DNA from: the human T2T-CHM13v2.0 reference genome, Homo sapiens
Reading direction: 5' to 3' (one strand)
DNA length: 64,000 nt
Assembly (NCBI RefSeq): GCF_009914755.1
Contig: NC_060942.1
In this document: in pieces, positions 13,464 through 27,100 of the stretch
Layout: each line of letters opens with the position of its first letter
Numbering within the stretch: position 1 is the stretch's first letter
Notes under the pieces: model-generated
The model's input: the letters and a program-made list of their open reading frames with translations, nothing else
What the model was told of the DNA's origin: nothing
Database searches by the model: none
Position numbers and translations under genes: made by a program

Positions 13464-13934
13464 GGATTCCAGTTATAAATGGTGAAGGAACCAGGGCAGT
13501 TGGAGGCCCCGCTGGGGCACCAAGGCAGCAGCCACTGTCACGAGGTCTTCCAAGGGAAGTGGAACTCCAGGGTCACAGTTCCCATCACCAGGGATGAGAG
13601 AGGCCACCACACCTCCTGCTGTGGAGCCCTGCAGGGGACACGTGTCTCCTCAACAAATCCTCCCCAGTAGTGTCATCAGTAGAAGACATCAGACAAGTCG
13701 AAATCAAGGGCATTCCAAAAAGACATGTCCGGAGCTTTGAGGAGCAGCCAGGTCATTAAGGACGGGGAGACAGAGGCGCTGGCCAGATCACAGAGCCCAG
13801 GAGACATCACGGCCAGAGCAGCGTGGGGTCCTGTGTGGGGCCCTGGGCAGGAAAAGCACATTTGAGAAAAACCAGGACCTCCACACCATTTCTCTGCCAC
13901 GGTGCGTGTCTGTGTCTCCATGGAGTGTCGCCCT

Positions 13935-14012
13935 GGGTGGGCTGGAGGGCGCCATGGCCCCGGGTGAGCTGGACGGCGCCGTGGCCCCGGGTGAGCTGGA
14001 GGGCGCCATGGG
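13935..14012. repeat. Short ~27-bp GC-rich tandem repeat, ~3 copies
   Basis: gctggaSggcgccRtggccccgggtga repeated. Confidence 0.75.
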
Positions 14013-14130
14013 GCTGTCTGCACTGCTTCTGCAGCTTCCCTGCAAGTCTAAAGTGATTTCAAGGCAAAATGATTAGAAAACGGAGTCAGAGCCAAGAAAG
14101 TCTTCAATTTTCCTAGGATAGATGAACAGA

Positions 14131-14277
14131 ATTGGGCATGGCGCCAGGTGCCTGTGGTCCCAGCTGCCCGGGCTGGAGAATCACTTGAGCCTGGAAGGTC
14201 GAGGCTGCGGTGAGCTGTGATCGCACCACTGCACCCCATCCCTCGGCAACAGATCAGGACCCTGTCTCTACAAAAAC
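14131..14277 (+). mobile_element. Alu right-arm/monomer fragment
   Basis: gggcatggcg...cctgtggtcccagct...gtcgaggctgcggtgagctgtgatcgcaccactgcac. Confidence 0.75.
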
Positions 14278-15031
14278 AGGACTGTGTTTGCAAAGCTGCA
14301 GTCTTATCCTTCAAAGTGTGGAGTTCAAAACCAGCCCATGTCTGCGCCTGGCCCTGGCCCAGTTGCGAGCACTCTGTGGCAGCAAGTCCACCTTTAGGTG
14401 CACACTCTCTGCTTGGTGGCTCTCATTTAACCTGTCCTGTAATATTTGAACTTTCTGTCCAGTAATATTTGAAGTTCATTTTATATTCTAAGAGATGTAT
14501 TTAATGAAATTGAGCTTATCCATGTAAGAATGAAGGAATGAGACCCTGAAGAAATCAGTCACCGTAATTTCAGACCATTAATAGAAGAAATAAAAGTGAC
14601 AGTGGAGTGAGTGTGGCAAGCAGAAGAGCTGTCGGGAACGTCACCTGCCCACCCCTTTGCTGTAGGACCCTACCACCAGCATACTCCGTCGTTGGCACCC
14701 TCGTCGTTGGCACGTCTCTACCCTCAGCAGAGCAGGCCAGGCACTGAACGGCAGGAAGCCCACACTTCCTCCCCAGCTTCCCTTCCTGCCAAGGCCAGAG
14801 ACGCGTGCAGAGCCCCAGTTAATTGGGGCTTCTCTCCCCGGCGCCACCGTGAGCACCGTCCTTCCCTCTCTGTTTGGAGGGTTTGTTCTTGATATGCTTT
14901 GACTGCACTTTTTCTCCTCTTGCATCTGCCTATAGGATCTTTCTACTCCACACTCCCAAACTTCTCTCAAATAATTACAATTATGGGAACAGGCGAAATT
15001 TGTTGTTGTTGTTGTTCTAGTAAGAATCAGA

Positions 15032-15472
<441 letters not shown>

Positions 15473-15579
15473 TTATAATAGAGATAAAAGTGGTTACAGA
15501 CTCAGGACAGGAGTCCTGGCATTTTGGAGTGGCTGGTCCCATGCCACGGTGCCGATCCTTGCAGAGGGACCATCTTTCA

Positions 15580-16285
<706 letters not shown>

Positions 16286-16969
16286 CACACATACGGGGAC
16301 ATCAGTCAGAGTGACAGACATCTTCATCTCTTCCTAAACCAAATGAAGAGGTACCTGGCCCAGGAAGAGTGGCTTCTTCCATAACATGAAACCCATAGTG
16401 AATGAATTGCTTCTATGAGTAACGTGTCTGTACCATCAAATATAACAGGATTTTGTTCTCAGAGCTACAGTCTGGGAGCCATTAATAGGAGGTGTACGGA
16501 TATTTTTCTCAAATTATCTATTTTGTTGATGTTTTTTGTACCCATTCTGTTGTGTTTGCTTTTATTAATCTATAATATCATCTGCTTCAATATGGAACAC
16601 CCCACAGGTGCAGGTCTGAGGTGCTCCCTGTTGGCAGCTCCTAAAGAGAGGCAGCACAGACACCACTTCGTCTTCCACATAGACACCAATCATTGACCTA
16701 CATGAATAAAACTGAATACATTTCAGCAAATCAGGCCACAGAATAAGCCTTTTCTTTCTTATGTCAAAATAATTAAATTTCCTTTTACAGTTTTTGAATA
16801 AAATGAGCCACATACTTAATTACAGATGAATTTCGTGACCAAAGACCAAACACCTACCATTACCCAGGGAGAGAAATGTCCTTGGGAAATACGTACCAAG
16901 AGAACTTATTTGGAGTATATAAATGGTTTAACTTCAAAGTTTTCTGCTTTTTAAAAATCAGTGGTGCTT

Positions 16970-17395
<426 letters not shown>

Positions 17396-18047
17396 TCACC
17401 ACACTTGTCTTTTATAATTAAACTACAACTAGAATTATAATTCATAAATCTGCCACTGGTGGCCTCCTGCAGGAATATAGCCGCATTTCCAGCGTCCGTG
17501 CCTCTGTTCTGTGATGGCTCATGCCTGTGTCTAAAGGTCTTCAGCAGACTCAGGCAGGTGCAGGTTCAGACAGGCCCTGAGCACAGCCTGTCACCATCCT
17601 CCATCTTCCCTGCTGTCTTCTGTGTCCCCTGAGCTTCCGTGAGGGTTTGTCTTTCCTCTGTGGCTCTTTAAACCACTTCCTGTCCTTAGGAGAATCTCCC
17701 CCGTGGGTGGGGAAGCCCTAAATCAGGGCAGGACTTTGGGCTCTGATCAGCAGACTACACTTCTTAGCACCAGCAGCCTCCAGCAAGAACCTGAGGAAAT
17801 CACGGAACTTCTCGAGTCTCCTCGTCTGTAAATGGAAACGACGTCTGCTCTGTGTAACTGAGAAAATAGATGCGAAGGTGTCAAACGAAGGCCTCACATA
17901 AAGACAGGGCCTCTCAACACGCATCACTTTCGACAGCTCTTTAGCACCAACAAGTCAGGGTGATTGTTAATGACTCAGCCTCTCTTCTTGGATTCTAAAT
18001 TAATCTTCAGGGATGCAGTGGGACAAGCAACCCCGTGGGCCAGAGCT

Positions 18048-18122
18048 CCCCTGCCTCCTGCCCCCTCGTCCCCTGCCTCCTGCCCCCTCATCCCCTGCCT
18101 CCTGCCCCCTCGTCACCTGCCT
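18048..18122. repeat. ~21-bp C-rich tandem repeat, ~3 copies
   Basis: cccctgcctcctgccccctcRt repeated. Confidence 0.75.
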
Positions 18123-18673
18123 TCAACTTCGCAGAGTGAAGGGCCTGGCGCAAGGACCCATTCCATGGGGTTATGTATGTGACATGTTCTCCAGCGAGGG
18201 TTTAAGGGATAACTTTTTACTTCAGTTGAGATGTGCCATCCTTACTGAAGAACTGTTACGTTCTGTATCTTTTGATCTGAAAAAACCAAACAGTAAATAT
18301 AGAAGTATTTGTTGACAAGAAATAAGGGAAAATGTTTTTATTGCCAAGAGCCTTTCCCCCTGGTTCACTGAAATGTTTGCTTGTATACATCACTCCTGGC
18401 TTAGTAGAGCCAACAAGACGGCAGGTCAAACAGAAGACAACATGAACGTCTAACCTCAGGCACCAGTGGACACGTGTGGGACCCAGGCAGCTTCTTCAGG
18501 ATTCGGGTGTCAGGAAAAGGCGCCCGAAATGCTGGTAGACCAGGTGGCTGGGGTGGCATGGATGGGGCTTATGGACCTGGGTCTTTCAGAAGTGACCCAT
18601 AGCTCACTCCTGGAAGGCGTGAGTCAAGCAGGTGGTTCTGCGCACTAACGACGCTCTTCCACTGTTTCCCTAG

Positions 18674-18731
18674 GGAAGATCCTTGTCCTTCAAAACCTTC
18701 CTCATCTGGGTTTTAATAAGTATTTACCAAG
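18674..18731 (+). CDS. ATP9B: ATP9B coding exon GRSLSFKTFLIWVLISIYQ(G)
   Basis: ccctag acceptor, gtaaga donor, 58 nt, phase 0 to phase 1. Confidence 0.95.
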
Positions 18732-19314
18732 GTAAGACGAGATCCTTAGTTTACTGGACTAAAGATTTTTTTATTTTGGTCTTTTTGTTAGCAATATTGT
18801 TTTTACTTGCAGATTAAATTCCAACAGCTTAAAATGCCATCAGCAGTTAAATACTCCCTTCTGTTTATCTTGTAAATCAATATTCCAGCAACATGGGTCC
18901 TTTTTTTTTTTAACTGATGCATGCCACCTAAAAACTGACTTAGTTTTTAATTAAATGTTAATCCAGAAAGATTTTAACAAGCACTTACCACATTGTATAC
19001 CCTGCACAATGGCTTTCTTTCATAGAGTGATAAAAAGACTTTGAGAAATCTGAGTTATGTAAGGAGAAGCCATTAGCTGCCCTTTGTTTAGTGTTCAGAT
19101 AAATGGGAGATTGTTGCAAGTATAACTAACAGATCAGATATATTAATTACATGCAACACATAATTATTTACACTAATTGAAGTAGAGGTGTGGCTTCGTA
19201 TCCAGAGATTAAAAAGTTTGTCTGCCTCGATTTGCCATTTCTAACTGATCTAGCTAGGATCCCATCTTATTTTGTCCATAATCCAGAGTTTAAGTGACTT
19301 GTTCATCAGCATGA

Positions 19315-19636
<322 letters not shown>

Positions 19637-19745
19637 TATCCCCTATTTTTAAGGGTCTTGAGTGACGTTGCTGGTTCAAGGCTGTTTCCTCTAGCTGGCT
19701 TACACCCTGCTCGTGTGCATGGAAAAAGCTCCTGCTGTTTTTCAG

Positions 19746-19949
19746 GCGGCATCCTCATGTATGGGGCCCTGGTGCTCTTCGAGTCTGAGTTCGTCCACGT
19801 GGTGGCCATCTCCTTCACCGCACTGATCCTGACCGAGCTGCTGATGGTGGCGCTGACCGTCCGCACGTGGCACTGGCTGATGGTGGTGGCCGAGTTCCTC
19901 AGCTTAGGCTGCTACGTGTCCTCACTCGCTTTTCTCAATGAATATTTTG
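19746..19949 (+). CDS. ATP9B: ATP9B coding exon (G)[67 protein letters not shown]
   Basis: tttcag acceptor, gtaagt donor, 204 nt, phase 1-1; hydrophobic C-terminal TM helices. Confidence 0.96.
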
Positions 19950-20105
19950 GTAAGTTGCCTTGGAATTGTTTTTTGAATCGTTCTCTATTCATGATTTTGA
20001 AGTATTTTCTTATTGTTGCTTCTGAATACATTGTGTTAAGTTGTGGATCATGGTAAAACCCATATCAGAAAGTGCCTGCTCTTACTGTCCCTGCACCACG
20101 GATGA

Positions 20106-20612
20106 AGGCGCTGAGCCCCGTCGGTCACTGGCTGGCCGGTCCCCTGACAGGAGGCGCTGAGCCCCGTCGGTCACTGGCTGGCCGGTACCCTGACAGGAGG
20201 CGCTGAGCCCCGTCGGTCACTGGCTGGCCGGTCCCCTGACAGGAGGCGCTGAGCCCCGTCGGTCACTGGCTGGCCGGTCCCCTGACATGAGGCGCTGAGC
20301 CCCGTCGGTCACTGGCTGGCCGGTCCCCTGACAGGAGGCGCTGAGCCCCGTCGGTCACTGGCTGGCCGGTCCCCTGACAGGAGGCGCTGAGCCCCGTCGG
20401 TCACTGGCTGGCCGGTCCCCTGACATGAGGCGCTGAGCCCCGTTGGTCACTGGCTGGCCGGTCCCCTGACAGGAGGCGCTGAGCCCCGTTGGTCACTGGC
20501 TGGCCGGTCCCCTGACAGGAGGCGCTGAGCCCCGTCGGTCACTGGCTGGCTGGTCCCCTGACAGGAGGCGCTGAGCCCCGTCGGTCACTGGCTGGCTGGT
20601 CCCCTGACATGA
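20106..20612. repeat. 46-bp CpG-rich minisatellite, ~11 copies
   Basis: Unit aggcgctgagccccgtcggtcactggctggccggtcccctgacagg. Confidence 0.97.
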
Positions 20613-21425
20613 GCAGCACAGCCACTCGGGAGCAGTTGGGACTCAGACCTGCGGGAGGTGAACACAGCCGCATGTGCACTTGTCCTCGTCTCAGTGCCTG
20701 AGTGTCCATGCAGTGGTGAACCTGTACGTAGGAAAATGTGAAATGTTCCTGTTCTTACATAAAAGAACTCTCAGAAAATACCCGTGGCTCATAAGAAATG
20801 GTTATTTTCAAGTTATAATGTGCTAGTTATTTTTCTTTTGAAAATTGGCTCTTAGAATATTTTCCTGTAAGATCATGAATTAACACACTCAAGGACACGT
20901 GAACACACTCAGTGCCACAGTGAGCTCACAAAACGACAAAGACATGCATCACGGGCGTGGGCAGGACTCACCACGACTTTGAGCCTCAGCTTTTGCATCT
21001 GCAAACTGGAGACGGTATCACTTCCCATTAGGGGCGGGTCTGAAGATCAGTAGTAACACGCTTACATACATGTGAATGAATGTGCAGAGCTCCTTTCACA
21101 CCTGCAGAACATGGCCAGCCCTCCAGCGCGTGCGCCTTCTGTGCTGAGCTCCTCTCAGACCTGGATAGGTCTCTGTCTCCTAGGGGAATGCCAAGGTGTG
21201 TGCTTCTCAGACACAGGAGCCTTTAGCTATTGGGTTTCAGTGATGTTTAAACAGTTGTATGGTATCAGGCAGGGAAATGAGATGTTAAAACCACATTGAA
21301 AACGCAGCTTGCACTGCCATTTTATTGCTTTTTAATGTATTTCTTATTCTTTTGCTAACCCCTTGAAATATTCTGGTATCTCCTTTAATCTGTCCTTTAT
21401 TTTCTTTATTACTGTTTTGGAACAG

Positions 21426-21458
21426 GTATAGGCAGAGTGTCTTTTGGAGCTTTCTTAG
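21426..21458 (+). CDS. ATP9B: ATP9B 33-nt cassette exon (G)IGRVSFGAFL(D)
   Basis: Long pyrimidine tract, aacag acceptor, gtaggt donor, symmetric phase 1; matches the recalled long-isoform sequence NEYFGIGRVSFGAFLDVAF. Confidence 0.88.
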
Positions 21459-22202
21459 GTAGGTAAAGTTATCATTTCTTTCAAAAGTGTAGAAATTTAG
21501 CCAAACAATATTGATAAAGATACTTAACTAATAAGAAAAACAAACCTTCCTCTAATTCAGTGTTCCTCAGGAACTCTCTGATGTCACGTAAACTGGTGGC
21601 CATGTGCTTGCTCGGCTAGTCATGGGCTGAGTGCTGTTGGCTTGCCTGTTCAGGGGCTTGGTGGCCCTGAGTGAGGGGAAGGGGCCGGGCATCCTGCCAT
21701 CTGCTGAGGATTGCATGAGCCCCTAAAACATATTTGCCTTTTCAGTTGTAGGGGCTGAGCTGCTGGAAAACACTTCCAGGGTCTTCAGAAAATGAGTACA
21801 CACAAACTTAGGAATTCCCCTTCATACAGAGATCCAGCGCTTCCCTGTGTCATTTATTTTACAAAGGCCTCTAACTCTGCTCCATAGATCTTTTTATCCC
21901 ATCCGGCAACAGTCTAAAGGGATTTCCACTATATGTAGATTCGAAGTATGTAAATCTCCAGTTTCTCATCTGCCTCTTTTCATGCGGAATTCAAGTAGCT
22001 AGTCATTAGCAGTACAGCTTGGTCCTGGTGAGTAGATGGTTCTTCTGTGGAGATGCTGGGAGGGTGACAGGCGAGAACATTCTCTGGGTGGGCCGGGCTC
22101 AGAGCCTCTAAGAGCAGACCGGTCTGAGTATTTGTGTTGCAGATGGAACTGCCAGCTGCCCTCTGTTGCCCCCAGCCCCTCATAAAGTCAGCTCTACCTT
22201 AG

Positions 22203-22205
<3 letters not shown>

Positions 22206-22248
<43 letters not shown>
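22206..22248. repeat. (CA)n microsatellite
   Basis: About 21 perfect CA units. Confidence 0.97.
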
Positions 22249-22252
<4 letters not shown>

Positions 22253-22423
22253 CAAAACAAAAAAATGGCTAGCCTAGATCGTCCAAACAAATCCCACAGG
22301 TTAGGTGAGCTGGTGTCTCTTCCCTAAGCACCACAACTAGTACTTCAGTGCCTTCACAAATTCTGCCACAGAGTGTTGTCCACCCATTCAGTGGTGTTTG
22401 GTGACATTAGTCATCTGCAACCA

Positions 22424-22723
<300 letters not shown>

Positions 22724-22730
22724 TACAACC

Positions 22731-23033
<303 letters not shown>

Positions 23034-23280
23034 TGCAATCTATAATGCTTTGGTTTTGTTTTTTCCATTAAAAGAAGAATGAATTATGCCCGGTATGCAG
23101 GTCAAACAATTCTGCAGTCAAGAAAACCTGAGATTTGGAGCTGGGCCCCTGTAAATGCACAGTGATGTTTCCGTGGCAAGCTTAGACCGTCTGGTGGCCT
23201 GGCCAGGTCTGTGGCTGTGGCCATGAGGGCCCAGGGCTTCTTGGTCAGCTCTTACCTTTTTCTCTGTTTCCTGCCAACAG

Positions 23281-23417
23281 ATGTTGCCTTTATCACCACC
23301 GTGACCTTCCTGTGGAAAGTGTCGGCGATCACCGTGGTCAGCTGCCTCCCGCTGTATGTCCTCAAGTACCTGAGGCGCAAGCTCTCTCCTCCCAGCTACT
23401 GCAAGCTGGCCTCCTAA
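23281..23417 (+). CDS. ATP9B: ATP9B last coding exon (D)[44 protein letters not shown]
   Basis: Pyrimidine tract and caacag acceptor; TAA at 23415-23417; ATP9-family C-terminus. Confidence 0.97.
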
Positions 23418-23551
23418 GGGGCTGTGCACCCCCAGCGGGCTGGCCCCAGCACCTTCTGCCCTTCCCAGCACCTTGTGCCCTTGCCAGTGAACGCAGGGTT
23501 TGCCATTGCTACCAAGCAAGCACCACAAGAAAGGGAGGGTACGCCAGGCGA

Positions 23552-23938
23552 GCCCAGGGCACAGATGCTGAGACAGCCTCTCCTTCTCAGTGCAGGGACG
23601 TCACCCCTGCCAGGCAAGCCCAGGGCACAGATGCCAGGATGGCTTCTCCCTCTCAGTGCGAGGCTTCACCCCTGCCAGGCAAGCCCAGGGCATAGATGCT
23701 GAGACAGCCTCTCCCTCTCAGTGCAGGGACGTCACCCCTGCCAGGCAAGCCCAGGGCACAGAGGCCGGGACGGCCTCTCCCTCTCAGTGTGAGGCTTCAC
23801 CCATGCTAGGCAAGCCCAGGGCACAGATGCCGGGATGGCCCCTCCCTCTCAGTGCGGGAACGTCACCCCTGCCAGGCAAGCCCAGGGCACAGATGCTGCG
23901 ATGGCCTCTTCCTCTTAAGTGTGGGGCCTCACCCCTGC
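23552..23938. repeat. 3' UTR minisatellite, 6 units alternating 66/65 bp
   Basis: gcccagggcaYaga starts at 23552, 23618, 23683, 23749, 23814 and 23880. Confidence 0.93.
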
Positions 23939-24154
23939 TTTTCTTTCTTTTTTTGTATTGTCAAAATTGTATTTCCATATTGAAGCAGCTTGAGTTTCTA
24001 CTGAAAATGAGCCCGAATTATTTCACTATTACTGTAAAGGGTTCATCTTACTCTGGCATTCTGAGAATCAGACTGAAAGTTTAATTTCTGCAGTTCCCTC
24101 ACATTCAGATTCTTTCTTTGATGTTATAACACAAAGTCATTCCTACTCAAATGT

Positions 24155-24160
24155 AATAAA
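24155..24160 (+). terminator. ATP9B: Polyadenylation signal for ATP9B
   Basis: First AATAAA after the stop codon, with TGTA motifs upstream. Confidence 0.75.
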
Positions 24161-27100
24161 ATTGAGGCTCCACGGAGGCCCGTGTCCACATCAGCTGCAG
24201 CTCCCGCTCAGACAGACGGCCTGCCCCACAGCCTGCCCTTTGCTGAAAATACCCTCGCTTTATACTTGCATTTCGCTTTTCAGTAAAAACAGTCAAGTTA
24301 CTGAGTTCTCACATAAAGAGCTCTTCTCACACACTCTAAAGGCAAGTTGCGTAAACAGTGGCGTTTCCGAACGCAATTCCATTGCGGCCACCAATGTAAA
24401 TCATTGCCCAGAGACTTTGCTGCTAGCACGCGTGTCCTTCCCATCCTTTTTCTATTTGCAAAATCACACTCGAACACCATTTCTATATATAGAGATCAGC
24501 TGTCCTGTAAAACTCAAATCCCCTAAGATGGCCCACTTGCCTGGTCATGGGTTTCCTATTTTATTTGGCTGGAAACAGGCACCGATTGAGGTGGATGAAA
24601 GCCTGTGCCGCTGCCCCGCTGCATTCATGGTGTCGCCCAACCAGACCCCTCGCTTCTGGGAAGCTGGGAAGGTCTTTGGGGCCAGGAGTTCGTTTTCTCA
24701 GTTGTGTCCTGTGCCTGGGGTGTTCCTCGAAACCGGTGTGTTGTGCCGTCGTCTGCAGCCATGCCTGTTCTTGGAGGCCTCGGCAGAAGTTGGTCAAACG
24801 CCAGGCCTCTTGTCTCAAAGGAGAGTTTCTCCGTATTTTCCACGCAGGCGGCAGCCTCCGCCAGGAGTTTCACCTGTTCATTTTCTTCCGCGTCGTTTCC
24901 CATCAGGGTGGGCCCCGTCACCTGAAATGCTGGCGGAGCTGTGTGCGTGGGGTTCCGAAGGCGTTTCACCAACCAGCGGAGGGACTGCCCAGCACCCACC
25001 CGCCGTCCCCCGCAGCTTTTCAGAGGAGAAAATAGGCACAGAGAGCAATCAAGCTGCCTTTCTTCCCGATACCGCATCAGCGCCTGTTGAATGGAATTCC
25101 TCTGCCGTCATCTGTCGGCGCTGGAGCATCCTGAGTTTCCGGACGGGCCCGGCCCTGCGAGGGCGCGATTTCCTGCGCTCCCACAAGGTGTCGCTGGCGT
25201 CCGCTCGGTGATGTGGGCGCGTCTGGTCGCTGCCGGAGGCTGCCTGGGAGTTTCCCTTCTGTGCCCCGAGTTGGTGTCTCCTGGAAGTCACGTCCTGGCT
25301 GGGGCTGACTTGGATTTCACCTGTCTTTTCGCTTCTGCCGCAGCAGTTTGCGTTAGGGGCATTGGGACGGTAGAAATCTTAAGTCCACAGCCAGCAGCTC
25401 AGGAGATGGGGTCACACACTCAGGCCTCGGGGGTGGAGGCCAAGGGCAAATCAGAGGCTGCTCCCCCGTGCACCTTTAAAAGTAAACCACCCACCTGTGA
25501 AACTGACTAATAGAATAATAACATTGTAGATAACCTCAGAAAAGCTGAACCCCTGAGCCTTTGGGAATAACACTGCAGTACAGCTTTCAGATACAGAAAC
25601 GACCAGCCTTCGATCAGTTGGATCCTGATTGGGAGACAGTTGAAGATTTGTCTCAAGAAATCGAGATGTATTAAGGGCAGGTAGAGACTGGAGGAGGAAG
25701 GGGTCTTTTCCTCCGTAAACGAAAATCACCCCCTGCGGGGGCTGCTGCTGTGAGGGTTAAATGAGATGCACAGGGCGTTCCCAGCAGACGACGGGCATGC
25801 AGCAAGGCAATCAGAACGGGGTCTGTGACACGGATTTTCTGCTAAAGAAAATAATAGCCCACTAAAGGGTCATTAGATCGGCATTAGATCTAGTTCCAGC
25901 TCTAGTTCAGGAGCCAGCTCGGGTCAGGCGAGGGGTGGAGAGGCTGTGTTTCCACCTGCTTGCGGCGTAACCTCATCGCTTTTTAGGTTCTGGACCTGTG
26001 TCAGCCCTAGAAATTCTGAGCCGGCCGTACAGCCCCAGAGGCCTTCAGGAGGGCGCCCAGCCTGGGGAGAGCATTCTGCATGTGTGGAGTCGGCGGTGCT
26101 GCATGAGCAGGAGCCCATTCCTCGCTTCTGCGTGTCATGGGCAGCGTCCAGTGCCGCGCTGGCCCCGTGTTTCTAGGTTTACATGTAGAGGCGTGACCCT
26201 CACGGTCCTGTCCGCGGCCCGGAATAGCTGGTCACAGGAAGGTGCGTGCTGCGGAAGAACCAGCAGGGCCCGCAGCCTCAGGAGACTCCTTGGAAAGGGG
26301 AGGTTGAAGCCGAGACCGGGAAGATACAAGCAAAGCCTGTCATCAGAGCAGCTCATGCTCAGACCCGAGACTGGGGCCTGGTGCTCTGGGGTGATGAGAG
26401 CAGAGTGCCAGCCGCTCAGCAGGGGCGGCAGGCAGGCGAGGATTCGCTACTGCTTTCCATAGTCTCATCCGATTCCAGTTCAGTGACGGCCAGGCCTTGA
26501 GGGCCGCACTGCGTTCCTGGAGCCCATAAGTCTGTACCCCCGATGGCCACCACCAGTGCCTTCCTCTCCTGTGAGGGCCCAGCAGACAAACTGGTAGCAA
26601 GACCCCGACAGTGGACCAAACAAGCTGGCCTTACCTCCCTTCTGTGATGGTCATGGGCAGGCCCAGATGCACCCTCCCTAGGGTCGGGGACTCCGCTGGG
26701 GTCAGCACCTCCAAGGGCCCCCCCGGCACAGCTGAGCAAACCCCTTGGTCCCACTCAGCAGCAGCACCCCCAGCCCCCCAGTCCACTGCACAGGGCCAGA
26801 CTCGGCCTGTGGGCACCGCCCTCAGGCCTGTGTGTCTCTTTACAAAGATGCCTTATCCTGGAGACTTCCAGGTTAGTTGCAGAAATCATGCAGAAACCAC
26901 GGAGCTCGCACAGCAAACTGTCCCCCACCCACCCCGCTTCCCGAGCACATATGTCCTGGGCCACAGAGGGGACGCCAGGCCCCCCTTGCTGGGCTGCAGG
27001 TCCTGCCACTGCAGATGGGTGTCATTTCAGGCGGTTCCAGAAGGGGGAGCCAGAAGCCACGAAATGGCACCTGCGAGGCCACCAGGGTGGACATCCCAGC

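Larger units (their letters stand above)
23418..24180 (+). other. ATP9B: ATP9B 3' UTR (end approximate)
   Basis: Lies between the stop codon and AATAAA at 24155-24160. Confidence 0.75.

Noticed and set aside
12858-13597. Overlapping 175-232-aa ORFs
   Set aside because: Artefacts of the stop-free 59-bp repeat.
24162-25211. 349-aa ORF as a novel protein
   Set aside because: TTG start, no recognisable domain, directly after a poly(A) signal; no support for coding without conservation data.
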